Notes: generated by a model not told the origin, from the sequence alone. A stretch of 64,000 bases of DNA from an uncultured Gemmatimonadaceae bacterium (GCA_963761305.1 CAVXGK010000002.1:2496001-2560000), one strand, 5' to 3'. Counted from the stretch's first letter, positions 1 to 9,496 are shown. Translations and numbers: made by a program.

Positions 1-727
1 CATAGGTATCAACACCACGCGCGGTCCGTTGGCCGACGCGCGGGTGCGCCAGGCGATCAACTACGCCATCGACGTCCCGCGCATCATCGAGCGGCTCGTC
101 GGCGGACGTGGAACGCGCGCCAACGGCGTGATTCCGATCGCACTCGGTGGACATGACAGCGCTCGCGTCCCATACCCGTATGACCCCGCGAAAGCGCGAC
201 AGTTGCTCGCCGCCGCCGGGCATCCGAACGGGATCGACATCGACCTCTGGGTGTCCACCACCCCGATCTACCTGCGGATCGCCGAAACGATCCAGGCATA
301 CCTCGACGTGGTCGGCGTTCGCGCCAAGATCGTCCAGCGCGAAGCCGCCGCGTCGCGCGCCGCGGCCCGCAAAGGCGAGACGGACATGATCCTCAAGGAT
401 TGGTACGCCGACTATCCGGACGCCGAGGATTTTCTCTATCCGCTGCTGCACACGGCGAATCGAGGCGCGGGTGGGAACGTCTCGTTCTACTCGAATCCGC
501 TGTTCGATTCACTCGTCACGGCATCGCGCCGCGAAGGCGACGAAGCGAAGCGAAACGCGCTCTACCGTCGGGCCGATTCGCTCGCGTTTGCCGACGCGCC
601 GATGGTCTTTCTCTATTTCTACGATGAGCTCTACGCCGTCCAGCCGTGGATCCACCACTTCGTGCCGCCGGTCATCTTCAACGGCCAGCGGTGGATCGAC
701 GTGACGATCGATCGCGCCAAGCAATGA
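1..727 (+). CDS. Peptide/nickel ABC transporter substrate-binding protein (DppA/OppA family), 5' end outside the window
   Basis: SBP family-5 C-terminal motifs (VRQAINYAID, YPYDPAKARQLL, W-x-ADYPD, YSNPLFD). Stop overlaps the permease start (ATGA). Confidence 0.9.
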   Translation, partial: IGINTTRGPLADARVRQAINYAIDVPRIIERLVGGRGTRANGVIPIALGGHDSARVPYPYDPAKARQLLAAAGHPNGIDIDLWVSTTPIYLRIAETIQAYLDVVGVRAKIVQREAAASRAAARKGETDMILKDWYADYPDAEDFLYPLLHTANRGAGGNVSFYSNPLFDSLVTASRREGDEAKRNALYRRADSLAFADAPMVFLYFYDELYAVQPWIHHFVPPVIFNGQRWIDVTIDRAKQ

Positions 728-1644
728 CCCGGTTCATCGCGCGACGGTTGCTGCTCGCCGTGCCGACGCTGCTCGGCGTGCTCGTCGTCGCGTTCCTGTT
801 GTTGTACGTGGCGCCCGGCGATCCGGTCGAGGCGATGATCGGCGAACGCGCCGACAGCGCGACGATCGCGCGCCTTCGCGCCGAGCTGCACGTCGACGAC
901 CCGCTGCCGCAGCGATTCGCTCACTACGTGAGCCGCGTCGTCGTCGGCGACCTCGGTCGGTCGTACATCACCGACCGCCCGATCGCGCAGGACATTCGCG
1001 AGCGTTTCCCCAAGACGCTGCAGCTCGCCGGCGCCGCGATGCTCCTGGCCGCGTGCCTCGGCATCAGCCTCGGCGTGCTCAGCGCGCGCAACCCCGGCGG
1101 TCTCGTCGACCGTTTCGCGCTCGGCCTCGCCTATCTCGGGATCTCGTTCCCGGTGTACTGGGTGGGCTTGCTTCTCATTCTGCTCTTCGCCGTCACGCTC
1201 AAGTGGCTGCCGCCGTCCGGCTACGGCGGTCTGCGCTTTCTGGTGCTCCCCGCCATCACGCTCGGCATGCGTTCCATCGCCTTCCAGGCGCGCATGACTC
1301 GGTCTTCGATGCTCGACGCGCTCAACGCCGATTTCGTCCGTACCGCGCGCGCCAAAGGACTCGGCGAATGGCTCGTGACGCTGCGCCACGCGCTGCGCAA
1401 CGCGCTCATTCCGGTGATCACCGTGATCGGCCTCGACTTCGGCTCGTATCTCACCGGCAGCATTCTGACTGAAACGATCTTCTCGTGGCCCGGCATCGGC
1501 CGCTACGTCGTGAACGCGATCTCACGCCGCGACCTCCCCGCGATTCAAGGCTCCGTGCTTTTCCTCAGCACCGTGTTCGTCGTCGTCAACCTGCTCACCG
1601 ATCTCGCGTATGCGAAGGCCGACCCACGGGTCAGCTATCAATAG
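724..1644 (+). CDS. Peptide ABC transporter permease (DppB/OppB family)
   Basis: MTRFIARRLL start, PGDPV, GDLGRS, EAA loop (RTARAKGL...RHALRNALIP) and ETIFSWPGIG. Confidence 0.93.
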   Translation: MTRFIARRLLLAVPTLLGVLVVAFLLLYVAPGDPVEAMIGERADSATIARLRAELHVDDPLPQRFAHYVSRVVVGDLGRSYITDRPIAQDIRERFPKTLQLAGAAMLLAACLGISLGVLSARNPGGLVDRFALGLAYLGISFPVYWVGLLLILLFAVTLKWLPPSGYGGLRFLVLPAITLGMRSIAFQARMTRSSMLDALNADFVRTARAKGLGEWLVTLRHALRNALIPVITVIGLDFGSYLTGSILTETIFSWPGIGRYVVNAISRRDLPAIQGSVLFLSTVFVVVNLLTDLAYAKADPRVSYQ

Positions 1645-1665
1645 AGTGCACAAGTACTGATCACG

Positions 1666-1832
1666 ACAACAGCTGAACGGCAACGATTTCGCGGAAGCGG
1701 CGGATTACGCGGATGACGTTTGTTGCCCTCATCCTGTGGCCACCATCATTGGTTGATGTGTTTTTTTTGTTGTTGCCTTCTCCGTGAAATTCGTGCCGTT
1801 CTCCGCGTAATCGTTGTCGTTCAAGCCGTTGT
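1666..1832. repeat. Long imperfect inverted repeat (REP/MITE-like intergenic element)
   Basis: Left arm ACAACAGCTGAACGGCAACGATTTCGCGGA (1666-1695). Reverse complement of 1802-1832 is ACAACGGCTTGAACGACAACGATTACGCGGA. Confidence 0.75.
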
Positions 1833-1867
1833 TTTCTGCTCTGCCGCGGCTCGGAATCGAGTTGCCG

Positions 1868-1905
1868 ACCCGTCCACCCGTCCACCCGTCCACCCGTCCA
1901 CCCGT
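1868..1905 (+). repeat. Tandem octamer (ACCCGTCC)x4.7
   Basis: Read directly. The same unit occurs at 2245-2290 and 63430-63467. Confidence 0.95.
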
Positions 1906-2242
1906 GAATCTCGACGACTACCAACGCGCCGCGCTGCGAACGATCAACCCGGCGCTCAGTGACCGCGATCGTTTGCTCGACGCCGGCGCCGGACTCGCCG
2001 AGGAATCGGCTGAGCTCCTCGGCCTCATTCGCAAACGCGTCTTTCAGCAGCGCAACGTCGACGAGGCGCGGCTCGTCGAGGAGCTCGGCGACACGCTGTG
2101 GTGTCTCGCCGTCGCCGCGGATTCGCTCGGCATCTCACTCTCGAACGTCGCGGCCGCGAACCTGTCCAAGCTCGCCGAGCGTCATCCGAAGGGATTCAGT
2201 ACGGGCTACGACCCGGGAGGCTACGGTCCGAAGCTGGTGTGA
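1904..2242 (+). CDS. MazG-like nucleoside triphosphate pyrophosphohydrolase
   Basis: NLDDYQRAALRT...GLAEESAEL...EELGDTLW...AANLSKLAERHP. GTG start at the end of the octamer array. Confidence 0.85.
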   Translation: MNLDDYQRAALRTINPALSDRDRLLDAGAGLAEESAELLGLIRKRVFQQRNVDEARLVEELGDTLWCLAVAADSLGISLSNVAAANLSKLAERHPKGFSTGYDPGGYGPKLV

Positions 2243-2244
2243 TC

Positions 2245-2290
2245 GCCCGTCCGCCGGTGCACCCGTCCACCCGTCCAGCCGTCCACCCGC
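2245..2290 (+). repeat. Degenerate tandem octamer (ACCCGTCC-like)
   Basis: GCCCGTCC GCCGGTGC ACCCGTCC ACCCGTCC AGCCGTCC ACCCGC. Confidence 0.85.
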
Positions 2291-2292
2291 GT

Positions 2293-3318
2293 TCAGTCGT
2301 CCTTCTGGCCGAACAACTCCATGTTCGACGAGTGGCCGGGAGCGACCTTCCGATCCGGGTAGATCCAGTGCACCGCCTGGTTCACGGCGGTTGCGGCTTC
2401 GGCGAATCCGGTGGCGATGAGCTTCAACTTTCCCGGATAGGTCGTCACGTCGCCGGCCGCGTAGACCCCGCTGCGACCGGTTTCCATCATGCTGTTGACG
2501 ACGATCTCGCGCTTTTTCTCCAGCGTCAGTCCCCACGAAGCGAGCGCGCCGAGGTCGCTCACGAAGCCGAGCATCGGAATGATCGCGTCGGCGTGCACCA
2601 TGCGCGTCGCCTTCGATTTGACGTCGCGGATCTCCACGTGCGTGAAGGTGTCGGATATCTCGACACATTTGATGTCGTGCAGCTCGTGGAAGGTGAACAG
2701 ATCGGCGCGTCCCGCCTCCACCGCCGCCATATACTCCGCCACCGTCGCGGCGTGGGCGCGGAACGAATCGCTGCGATGTACCAGCGTGACGTGCGTCGCG
2801 CGATCGAGAAGCTGCGTCGCCCAGTCGAACGCCGAATCGCCCCCGCCGATGATCAGGACGCGCTTGCCGCGGAACGCCTCCGGATCCGTCACCACTTCAT
2901 GAATCCCGCGGCCGTACCACGGCTGCGCGCATTCCTGCGGAAGACGGCGCGGCGAAAACGCGCCGATGCCGGCGGCGATGACGATCGCCTTCGTCGGGAA
3001 CCGCGCTTTGTCCGTCACCAGCTCGAAATGACCGTCGACCTCCTCGAGACCGTCCACTCGATGCCCGAGATGCACCGGCTCACCGAATCGCGCCGCTTGC
3101 TCGGCGAGCGATTTGACGAGCTGCTTCGCCGGCACCACGGGATAGCCACCGACGTCGAAGATGAGCTTTTCCGGATACAGCGCCGTCAGTTGGCCGCCGA
3201 GCTCCGGCAGCGCGTCGACGATTTGCGCCGACGCGCGACGCATGCCGGCGTAGAAGAGCGCGAACAGCCCCGTCGGCCCGCCACCGATGATCGTGATGTC
3301 GCGAGTTTCGTGAACCAT
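2293..3318 (-). CDS. Ferredoxin-NADP+ reductase, thioredoxin-reductase-like (YumC type)
   Basis: IIGGGPTGLFA, GGQLTALYPEKLIFDVGG, GGGDSAFDW, YPGKLKLIATGF and PGHSS. No CxxC. Confidence 0.9.
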   Translation of the reverse strand: MVHETRDITIIGGGPTGLFALFYAGMRRASAQIVDALPELGGQLTALYPEKLIFDVGGYPVVPAKQLVKSLAEQAARFGEPVHLGHRVDGLEEVDGHFELVTDKARFPTKAIVIAAGIGAFSPRRLPQECAQPWYGRGIHEVVTDPEAFRGKRVLIIGGGDSAFDWATQLLDRATHVTLVHRSDSFRAHAATVAEYMAAVEAGRADLFTFHELHDIKCVEISDTFTHVEIRDVKSKATRMVHADAIIPMLGFVSDLGALASWGLTLEKKREIVVNSMMETGRSGVYAAGDVTTYPGKLKLIATGFAEAATAVNQAVHWIYPDRKVAPGHSSNMELFGQKDD

Positions 3319-3389
3319 GACGTACAAAAGAATAGCGAGGACTCGCCCCGGCGGGCGGTCGGCGAGCTCCGGCCATACATTAGAGCGCG

Positions 3390-3935
3390 ATGAAGATCTA
3401 CACGAAAACGGGCGACGCCGGCGACACCGGATTGTTCGGCGGCGGGCGTGTGCCCAAGAGCCATCCGCGCGTCGAAGCGTACGGCGACGTCGACGAATTG
3501 AACGCGACGATCGGCGTCGCGCGCGCCACCGGAGACGACGCGGAGATCGACGCGCTGCTCCTTCGCGTCCAGCAGGACCTGTTCGCGATCGGCGCCCTCC
3601 TCGCGACGCCCGATCGCGAGCGGATGCGGATGCATCTCGACAAAGCCAAGGTCGACCAGGAGCGCATCGCCGAGTTGGAGCGCGCCATCGACGCCGCCGA
3701 CACGGAGCTCGATCCGCTGCGCGCGTTCATCCTGCCCGGCGGATCGCCGAAGGCCGCGGCGCTCCATGTCGCGCGCACCGTGTGCCGGCGCGCCGAGCGT
3801 CGCGTCGTCGACATCGCCGAGGAGATGGAGATCCCGACGCTCGTCATCGTCTATCTCAATCGGCTGTCCGACGTGTTGTTCACGCTCGCGCGTCTCGCCA
3901 ACAAGCGCACGTCGACCGACGAGACCACGTGGTGA
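3390..3935 (+). CDS. ATP:cob(I)alamin adenosyltransferase, PduO/YvqK type
   Basis: MKIYTKTGDAGDT, AYGDVDELN, FILPGG, RTVCRRAERR and YLNRLSD. Confidence 0.95.
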   Translation: MKIYTKTGDAGDTGLFGGGRVPKSHPRVEAYGDVDELNATIGVARATGDDAEIDALLLRVQQDLFAIGALLATPDRERMRMHLDKAKVDQERIAELERAIDAADTELDPLRAFILPGGSPKAAALHVARTVCRRAERRVVDIAEEMEIPTLVIVYLNRLSDVLFTLARLANKRTSTDETTW

Positions 3936-5035
3936 CGTCGGCCGCGAGCGGCACACGCCGGATCGCGCTGCCGGGCTACGACGTCACCGTCGGCGCGGGA
4001 ATTCTCGAACGACTCGGCGAAATCGTGCGCGACGTCGCGCCGGCGCATCGCTACGCGATCGTCACCGACAGCAACGTCGGCCCCACGTATGCCGCGCGCG
4101 TTCGCGACTCGCTCGGCGCACCGCCCGAGCGCGTATCGGTGTTCAACGTGCCGGCGGGCGAGTCGCACAAGACGCGCGACACCTGGACCCGCGTCACCGA
4201 CGACTTGTTCGCCGCGCACTTCGGCCGCGACAGCACGATCATCGCGCTCGGCGGGGGCGTGATCGGAGATCTCGCCGGTTTCGTGGCGGCCACGTTCATG
4301 CGCGGCATTCCGTTCGTGCAGGTGCCCACGACACTCCTGGCGATGATCGACGCGTCGGTCGGCGGGAAAACCGGCGTGGACACGCCGTCGGGGAAGAATC
4401 TCGTCGGCGCGTTTCATCAGCCGGCGGCGGTCGTGGCCGACTTGCGATCGCTCGCCACGCTGCCGGCCGCGCAGCTCCGCGCCGGCATGGCCGAGGCGAT
4501 CAAGCACGGCGTGATCGCCGACGCCGGGTACTTCGACGGCATTTCCGCGGTCGCGGCGCGACTGGGCGAGATCGACGTCGGCGGCGCCGAGATGCTGGAC
4601 CTCGTCGCGCGAAGCATCGAGATCAAGGCCGACGTCGTGCGTCGCGACGAGCGCGAAGCGGGACTCCGCAAGACTCTCAACTTCGGTCATACAATCGGGC
4701 ACGCCGTCGAACACCTGAGCAACTACGCGGTATTACACGGCGAAGCGGTCGCGATCGGCATGGTCGTCGAGAGCCGCATCGCCGAGCGTCTCGGCGTCGC
4801 CGAATCGGGCACGGCGTCGCGCGTTCAAGCGTTGGTGCGCGAAGCGGGTCTCCCGGATTCGCTGCCGGCGCGCCTGTCCGCCGGACAGATCATCACGGCG
4901 ACGCACGGCGACAAGAAAGCTCGAGCAGGCCGGGCCGAGTACGCGCTTCCCGCTCGGATCGGTGCGATGGCCGGTGAAAGCGATGGTTGGACGGTTGCCG
5001 TTCCGGATGCGATCGTTCGAGAAGCACTTGCCTGA
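3932..5035 (+). CDS. aroB: 3-dehydroquinate synthase
   Basis: GGGVIGDLAGFVAATFMRG, PTTLLAMIDASVGGKTGV, LNFGHTIGHA and HGEAV. GTGA overlap with the upstream stop. Confidence 0.96.
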   Translation: MTSAASGTRRIALPGYDVTVGAGILERLGEIVRDVAPAHRYAIVTDSNVGPTYAARVRDSLGAPPERVSVFNVPAGESHKTRDTWTRVTDDLFAAHFGRDSTIIALGGGVIGDLAGFVAATFMRGIPFVQVPTTLLAMIDASVGGKTGVDTPSGKNLVGAFHQPAAVVADLRSLATLPAAQLRAGMAEAIKHGVIADAGYFDGISAVAARLGEIDVGGAEMLDLVARSIEIKADVVRRDEREAGLRKTLNFGHTIGHAVEHLSNYAVLHGEAVAIGMVVESRIAERLGVAESGTASRVQALVREAGLPDSLPARLSAGQIITATHGDKKARAGRAEYALPARIGAMAGESDGWTVAVPDAIVREALA

Positions 5036-5088
5036 GCACGGCTCGGTGCTTGCCTGAGTCGTGATGTAGTCGCTCTCTCGTGTGCCCT

Positions 5089-5511
5089 ATGTCACCCTTC
5101 GCGGGTTATCTCCTCGGACTTCTCGTTCTCATCGGCGGTTTGGCGGTCGCGGCGTATCTGCTCAACGTGCCGACGACCGCCATCATCGTCGCCGTCGTGC
5201 TGGCGGTGTTGGCGATGCTCGCGTGGGCGACGCGGCGTCCTCGCGCGCGGCCGTCAAAATTCACGGGCACGACGCCGAATTCGCCGGCGCTCGATCGCAC
5301 GGTGTTGATGGAGCTCAAGACCTCGCTGATGCAACGTCCTGATGCAGCGCGGAATGAGCCGACCACGCGAATTCCGCAGGTCGAGGACTCGCGCAGCCAA
5401 CCCACCACACGCGTGCCGCAGGCGGACGATTCACGGTCGCAGGCCACGACGCGCGTCGATCGCCAGACAGAGGCCTCCAAGCGCCAGAAAGGGTCGCCGC
5501 AGGACGACTGA
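5089..5511 (+). CDS. Hypothetical membrane protein with two N-terminal TM helices and a repetitive C-terminal tail
   Basis: Hydrophobic N-terminus and a 14-aa repeat (PTTRIPQVEDSRSQ / PTTRVPQADDSRSQ / ATTRV). Confidence 0.6.
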   Translation: MSPFAGYLLGLLVLIGGLAVAAYLLNVPTTAIIVAVVLAVLAMLAWATRRPRARPSKFTGTTPNSPALDRTVLMELKTSLMQRPDAARNEPTTRIPQVEDSRSQPTTRVPQADDSRSQATTRVDRQTEASKRQKGSPQDD

Positions 5512-5747
5512 GGTTCGAGGCGCGACAGCGGTGTGACGAGACGGCTTGTCCGATGGGCCCACGCCACAGGCTGCTGCGAGTGCGTACAATCGAAGCACTT
5601 CGTTGCGCTCGCAGAATGTGATTTCGGTCACGCTGACCGAACGAGCGAGCTCGAGCGCTACGCATCGAGTAACCTCCAAATTCCTGTCAGGCCAACGACA
5701 TAGAATCGTTCGACCCCACCCTGCGGGGAGGCGAGTCGAAATCTCTG

Positions 5748-5776
5748 TTGACGCCCCTACAACCCAACATTATCCT
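5748..5776 (+). promoter_or_regulatory. Putative sigma70 promoter of the sigma-factor gene
   Basis: TTGACG, 17-bp spacer, TATCCT, about 90 bp upstream of the ATG. Confidence 0.6.
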
Positions 5777-5867
5777 GCCGTCCCCTGCTACGGCTCTCCA
5801 GGCTCTGCATCGCGCGGGCGCAGTCGTGCTCGCTCCCCTCACCGGCGCCAATCGGGAAGGAGTGTGT

Positions 5868-6761
5868 ATGGAGCAAGTGACCGAGACCAGATCGTCGAAG
5901 GGTTACTTCCGATCGTCTCCGTCCACCGCGTTCGATCAATACCTGCAGGATATTCAAAAACTGCCGTTGATCAGCGAGCCCGAGGAAGAGCGGCGATTGG
6001 CGCGTCGGGCGCAAAAGGGGGATGAGAAGGCGGCCGAGCGATTGGTCACGGCCAACCTGCGGTTCGTCATCTCGTACGTGAAGAAATACCAGGGCCACGG
6101 ACTCGATCTGAGTGAGCTCGTCGCCATCGGTAATGAGGGTTTGCTAAAAGCAGTTCGCAAATTCGATCCGGACCAGGGCGTCAAGTTCATCTCGTACGCC
6201 GTGTGGTGGGTTCGACAAGCCGTTCTCAAGGCGCTGGCCGAACAGACCCGCTCCGTCCGCATCCCGCTCAACCAGAACTCGCAGCTCATTCGCCTGGCCC
6301 GCGCCGAGACGATTCTCGCCCAGGTTCTCAAGCGCGACCCAACGGAAGGCGAAGTCAGCCAGCTCCTCGACGAGACTCCCGAGAACGTCCGCTCCGCGCG
6401 CCAGATGTCGGCGACCGAAGTCTCGCTCGACGCCCCCATCGACAGGTCGGATCGCGAAGCGTCCACCCTCGGCGAGCGTTTCGCCGGCGTCGACGGCACC
6501 GAGATCGAGGAAGTCACCGACTACAAGCTGATGCGCGAGTTCATCGATCGCGTATTCAAGAAGTATCTCACGCCGCGCGAGCGAAAGATCCTCTATCTCT
6601 ACTACGGGCTCGAGGAAGGCTCCGAGGCGATGACGCTCGAGAAGATCGGCGCCCTCATGGGCGTGACCCGCGAGCGCATCCGCCAGATCCGCGAGCGCGC
6701 GTTCGAGAAACTCCGCGAGTCGCCCGACGGCCGAGCTCTCTCCGGATTCTGGGCCGCGTAG
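5868..6761 (+). CDS. RNA polymerase sigma factor, RpoD/SigA family, lacking region 1.1
   Basis: YLQDIQKLPL, ANLRFVIS, FDPDQGVKFISYAVWWVRQ and TLEKIG...TRERIRQI. RBS GGAAGGAG. Confidence 0.92.
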   Translation: MEQVTETRSSKGYFRSSPSTAFDQYLQDIQKLPLISEPEEERRLARRAQKGDEKAAERLVTANLRFVISYVKKYQGHGLDLSELVAIGNEGLLKAVRKFDPDQGVKFISYAVWWVRQAVLKALAEQTRSVRIPLNQNSQLIRLARAETILAQVLKRDPTEGEVSQLLDETPENVRSARQMSATEVSLDAPIDRSDREASTLGERFAGVDGTEIEEVTDYKLMREFIDRVFKKYLTPRERKILYLYYGLEEGSEAMTLEKIGALMGVTRERIRQIRERAFEKLRESPDGRALSGFWAA

Positions 6762-6839
6762 CGTTCGCTCGCTGGGCCCACAGTCGACCACGCCCCGGCG
6801 CGCTATGCCACCAGCGCGCCGGGGCGTAGCTTTTTCAGG

Positions 6840-8360
6840 GTGACCGTCTCCCCCGCCACAACCGCCTCGACCGCCTCGACCGCCTCGACGACGGCGCCCT
6901 CCATCGGGACGCCGCCGATCGACCGCGCGCTCGCCGATCGGCTGGCCGCGATCGTCGGCGAAAAGCGCGTGTTGTTCCGGCCGAGCGAGCTGCTCACGTA
7001 TTCGTCCGACGCGCTGCCTTCCTATCACAGGCAGCCCGCGCTCGCCGTCTTTCCCGGCACGCGCGACGAAGTCGTGGCCGTCGTGCGAGAGCTCGCGCGC
7101 GCCAACGTCCCCTTCGTTCCGCGCGGCGCCGGCACCGGTCTCTCCGGCGGCGCGCTCGCCGAGGGCGTCGTGCTCGTTGGACTCAACCGACTGACGCGCA
7201 TCCTCTCGATCGACGCCGACAACGCGACGGCGACCGTCGAGCCGGGCGTCGTCAACGCCGCGTTGAGCCGCGCCGTCGCACCGCACGCGCTGCACTACGC
7301 GCCCGATCCGTCGAGCCAGGCCGCGTGCACGATCGGTGGCAACGTCGCCGAGAACGCCGGCGGTCCGCACTGCCTCAAGTACGGCGTCACGACGAATCAC
7401 ATCCTCGCCATCACGGCGCTGTTGCCGAGCGGAGAGATCGTGTCGCTGGGCAGCGCGGCCGGCGAAACGGACGGCTACGATCTGGTCGGCGCGTTCGTCG
7501 GATCCGAAGGCTGCTTCGGCATTGCGCTCGACATCACCGTCCGATTGACGCGAAATCCCGAGGCCATTCGCACGATCCTCGCCGACTTCATGTCGATCGA
7601 CGCCGCGGCGCGCGCCGTGACGTCGATCGTCGCCACCGGAATCATTCCGGCGGCGCTCGAGATGATCGACCAGGCGACCATCCGCGCCGTCGAGGCCTCC
7701 ATTTACGCCGCCGGCTATCCGACCGACGCCGCCGCGGCGCTGCTCATCGAAGTCGACGGCGCGATCGCCGGTCTCGAGCGCGACGTCGACACCATCGAAT
7801 CGATCTGCAAGTCGAGCGGCGCGCGCACCGTGCGCGTCGCGCGCGACGAGGCCGAGCGGGCGCGCCTCTGGCAGGGACGCAAAAAGGCGTTCGGCGCGAT
7901 GGGACGCATCTCGTCGCATCTCGTCGTGCAGGACGCCGTCGTTCCGCGCACCAAGCTGCCCGAGGTCCTCGCGCAGGTGCGGCGCATCGCCGAGGAGCAG
8001 CGGCTGCGGGTGGCCAACGTGTTCCACGCCGGCGACGGCAACCTGCACCCGAACATCGCCTACGACGCCAACGACCCCGATGAATCGGCGCGCGTGCACG
8101 TCGCCATGAACGCGATCATGCGCGCCTGCGTCGACGCCGGCGGCACGATCACCGGCGAGCACGGCATCGGCATCGACAAGCTGCCGTACATGGACATGAT
8201 CTTCTCGCCCGACTCGCTCGCGGCGATGTGCAGCCTGCGCGACGTGTTCGATCCGGATCGTCGCTCGAATCCCGGCAAGGTCGTTCCGATGCACTCGTGC
8301 CGCGAGTGGCACGGCATACGCTCGACCAGATCCGGCGCTTCTCGAACGAGTGCCGCGTGA
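6840..8360 (+). CDS. glcD: Glycolate oxidase FAD-linked subunit
   Basis: RGAGTGLSGG, PDPSSQAACTIGGNVAENAGGPHCLKYGVT, HAGDGNLHP and GEHGIG. Confidence 0.9.
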   Translation: MTVSPATTASTASTASTTAPSIGTPPIDRALADRLAAIVGEKRVLFRPSELLTYSSDALPSYHRQPALAVFPGTRDEVVAVVRELARANVPFVPRGAGTGLSGGALAEGVVLVGLNRLTRILSIDADNATATVEPGVVNAALSRAVAPHALHYAPDPSSQAACTIGGNVAENAGGPHCLKYGVTTNHILAITALLPSGEIVSLGSAAGETDGYDLVGAFVGSEGCFGIALDITVRLTRNPEAIRTILADFMSIDAAARAVTSIVATGIIPAALEMIDQATIRAVEASIYAAGYPTDAAAALLIEVDGAIAGLERDVDTIESICKSSGARTVRVARDEAERARLWQGRKKAFGAMGRISSHLVVQDAVVPRTKLPEVLAQVRRIAEEQRLRVANVFHAGDGNLHPNIAYDANDPDESARVHVAMNAIMRACVDAGGTITGEHGIGIDKLPYMDMIFSPDSLAAMCSLRDVFDPDRRSNPGKVVPMHSCREWHGIRSTRSGASRTSAA

Positions 8361-9496
8361 CGATCGCCGTCTCCGAGTCCACGGAAGCGATCGGCGCACG
8401 CGTGCGTGACGCCGCCCGGCGCGGCGCGCGCGTGCGCATCGTCGGCGCGGGAACGTGGCTCGACGCGGGACGGCCGGTGGATTCGTCGGAGCAGCTTTCT
8501 CTCGCGGCTGAGACCGGCATCGTCGAATACACCCCGGGCGACCTCACGCTCACCGCCCGCGCGGGCACCACGCTTCGCGAAATTCACGACGCGGTCGCGC
8601 CGCACGGACAATGGCTCGCGCTCGACCCGTTCGGTTCCGACGATGGCACCATCGGCGCGACGATCGCGACCGCGTCGGCCGGCCCGCTGGCGACTCGCTT
8701 CGGCGGGCCGCGCGACCTCACGCTCGGCCTCGAGTTCATCAGCGGCCGCGGCACGACTGTCCGTGGTGGCGGCCGCGTGGTGAAAAACGTCGCCGGTTTC
8801 GACCTCACGCGCCTGCTCACCGGCTCGTGGGGAACGCTCGGCGTCATCACGGAAGTCAGCGTCCGGCTGCACGCGCGGCCCGAAGCCGAGATCACGTTGA
8901 GCGTGCGCGCGGCGTCGACGAGCGACGACATCGCGAGAGTTCGCGCCGCGCTCAAACGCTGGCCGTTCGTTCCGTTCGCCTGTGAAGTCGTGAGCGAGAG
9001 CCTCGGACGACAGATCGGCGTCGGCGGCGCGGTCGCGCTCTTCCGAGTCGGCGGGAACGCCGAGGCGGTCGCGGCGCAGAAGCGCGCCGTCGCCGAGCTC
9101 GGCGACACTCGCGACGTGGAACCGGATGTTTGGGGCGCGCTTCGCGCCGCCGAGCGCGACGCGTCGATCGTGCTCCGCCTCTCGCGCGCGCCGGCGGACG
9201 TCGCCGCGACGTGGAATGATTCGCTGGCCATCGCCGCGGCCCCGGGTGCGTGGACGAGCGCCTCGCCGGTGCGCGGCATCGCGCGGTGCGTGATTCCGTC
9301 CGCCGTCGCACCAATGCGGCAACTGGCGTCGGTTCTGAGTGGAGTCGGTTCGCGCGTCATCGCCGAGCGCGCGCCGGAGGAGCTGTGGAGCACTCCACCG
9401 CTCGCGCGCGACGCCGATCAGCTTCAGTCCCGCATTCGCGACGCCTTCGATCCGCAGCGCATGCTCAATCGCGGCATTCTCGGCGCCGGAACGTGA
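8357..9496 (+). CDS. glcE: Glycolate oxidase FAD-binding subunit
   Basis: EYTPGDLTLTARAGT and GGRVVKNVAGFDL...GSWGTLG. GTGA overlap. Confidence 0.85.
   Translation: MTIAVSESTEAIGARVRDAARRGARVRIVGAGTWLDAGRPVDSSEQLSLAAETGIVEYTPGDLTLTARAGTTLREIHDAVAPHGQWLALDPFGSDDGTIGATIATASAGPLATRFGGPRDLTLGLEFISGRGTTVRGGGRVVKNVAGFDLTRLLTGSWGTLGVITEVSVRLHARPEAEITLSVRAASTSDDIARVRAALKRWPFVPFACEVVSESLGRQIGVGGAVALFRVGGNAEAVAAQKRAVAELGDTRDVEPDVWGALRAAERDASIVLRLSRAPADVAATWNDSLAIAAAPGAWTSASPVRGIARCVIPSAVAPMRQLASVLSGVGSRVIAERAPEELWSTPPLARDADQLQSRIRDAFDPQRMLNRGILGAGT

Noticed and set aside
3317..3931. Long N-terminal extensions on aroB (also yitJ, glcE, glcF, yggU, mutY, qor and the ADOP genes)
   Set aside because: They overlap upstream genes in another frame. 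Most true starts lie at ATGA, GTGA or TGATG overlaps.
6861..6887. (ACCGCCTCG)x3 at the glcD 5' end as a regulatory repeat
   Set aside because: It is an in-frame low-complexity TAS linker with no further support.
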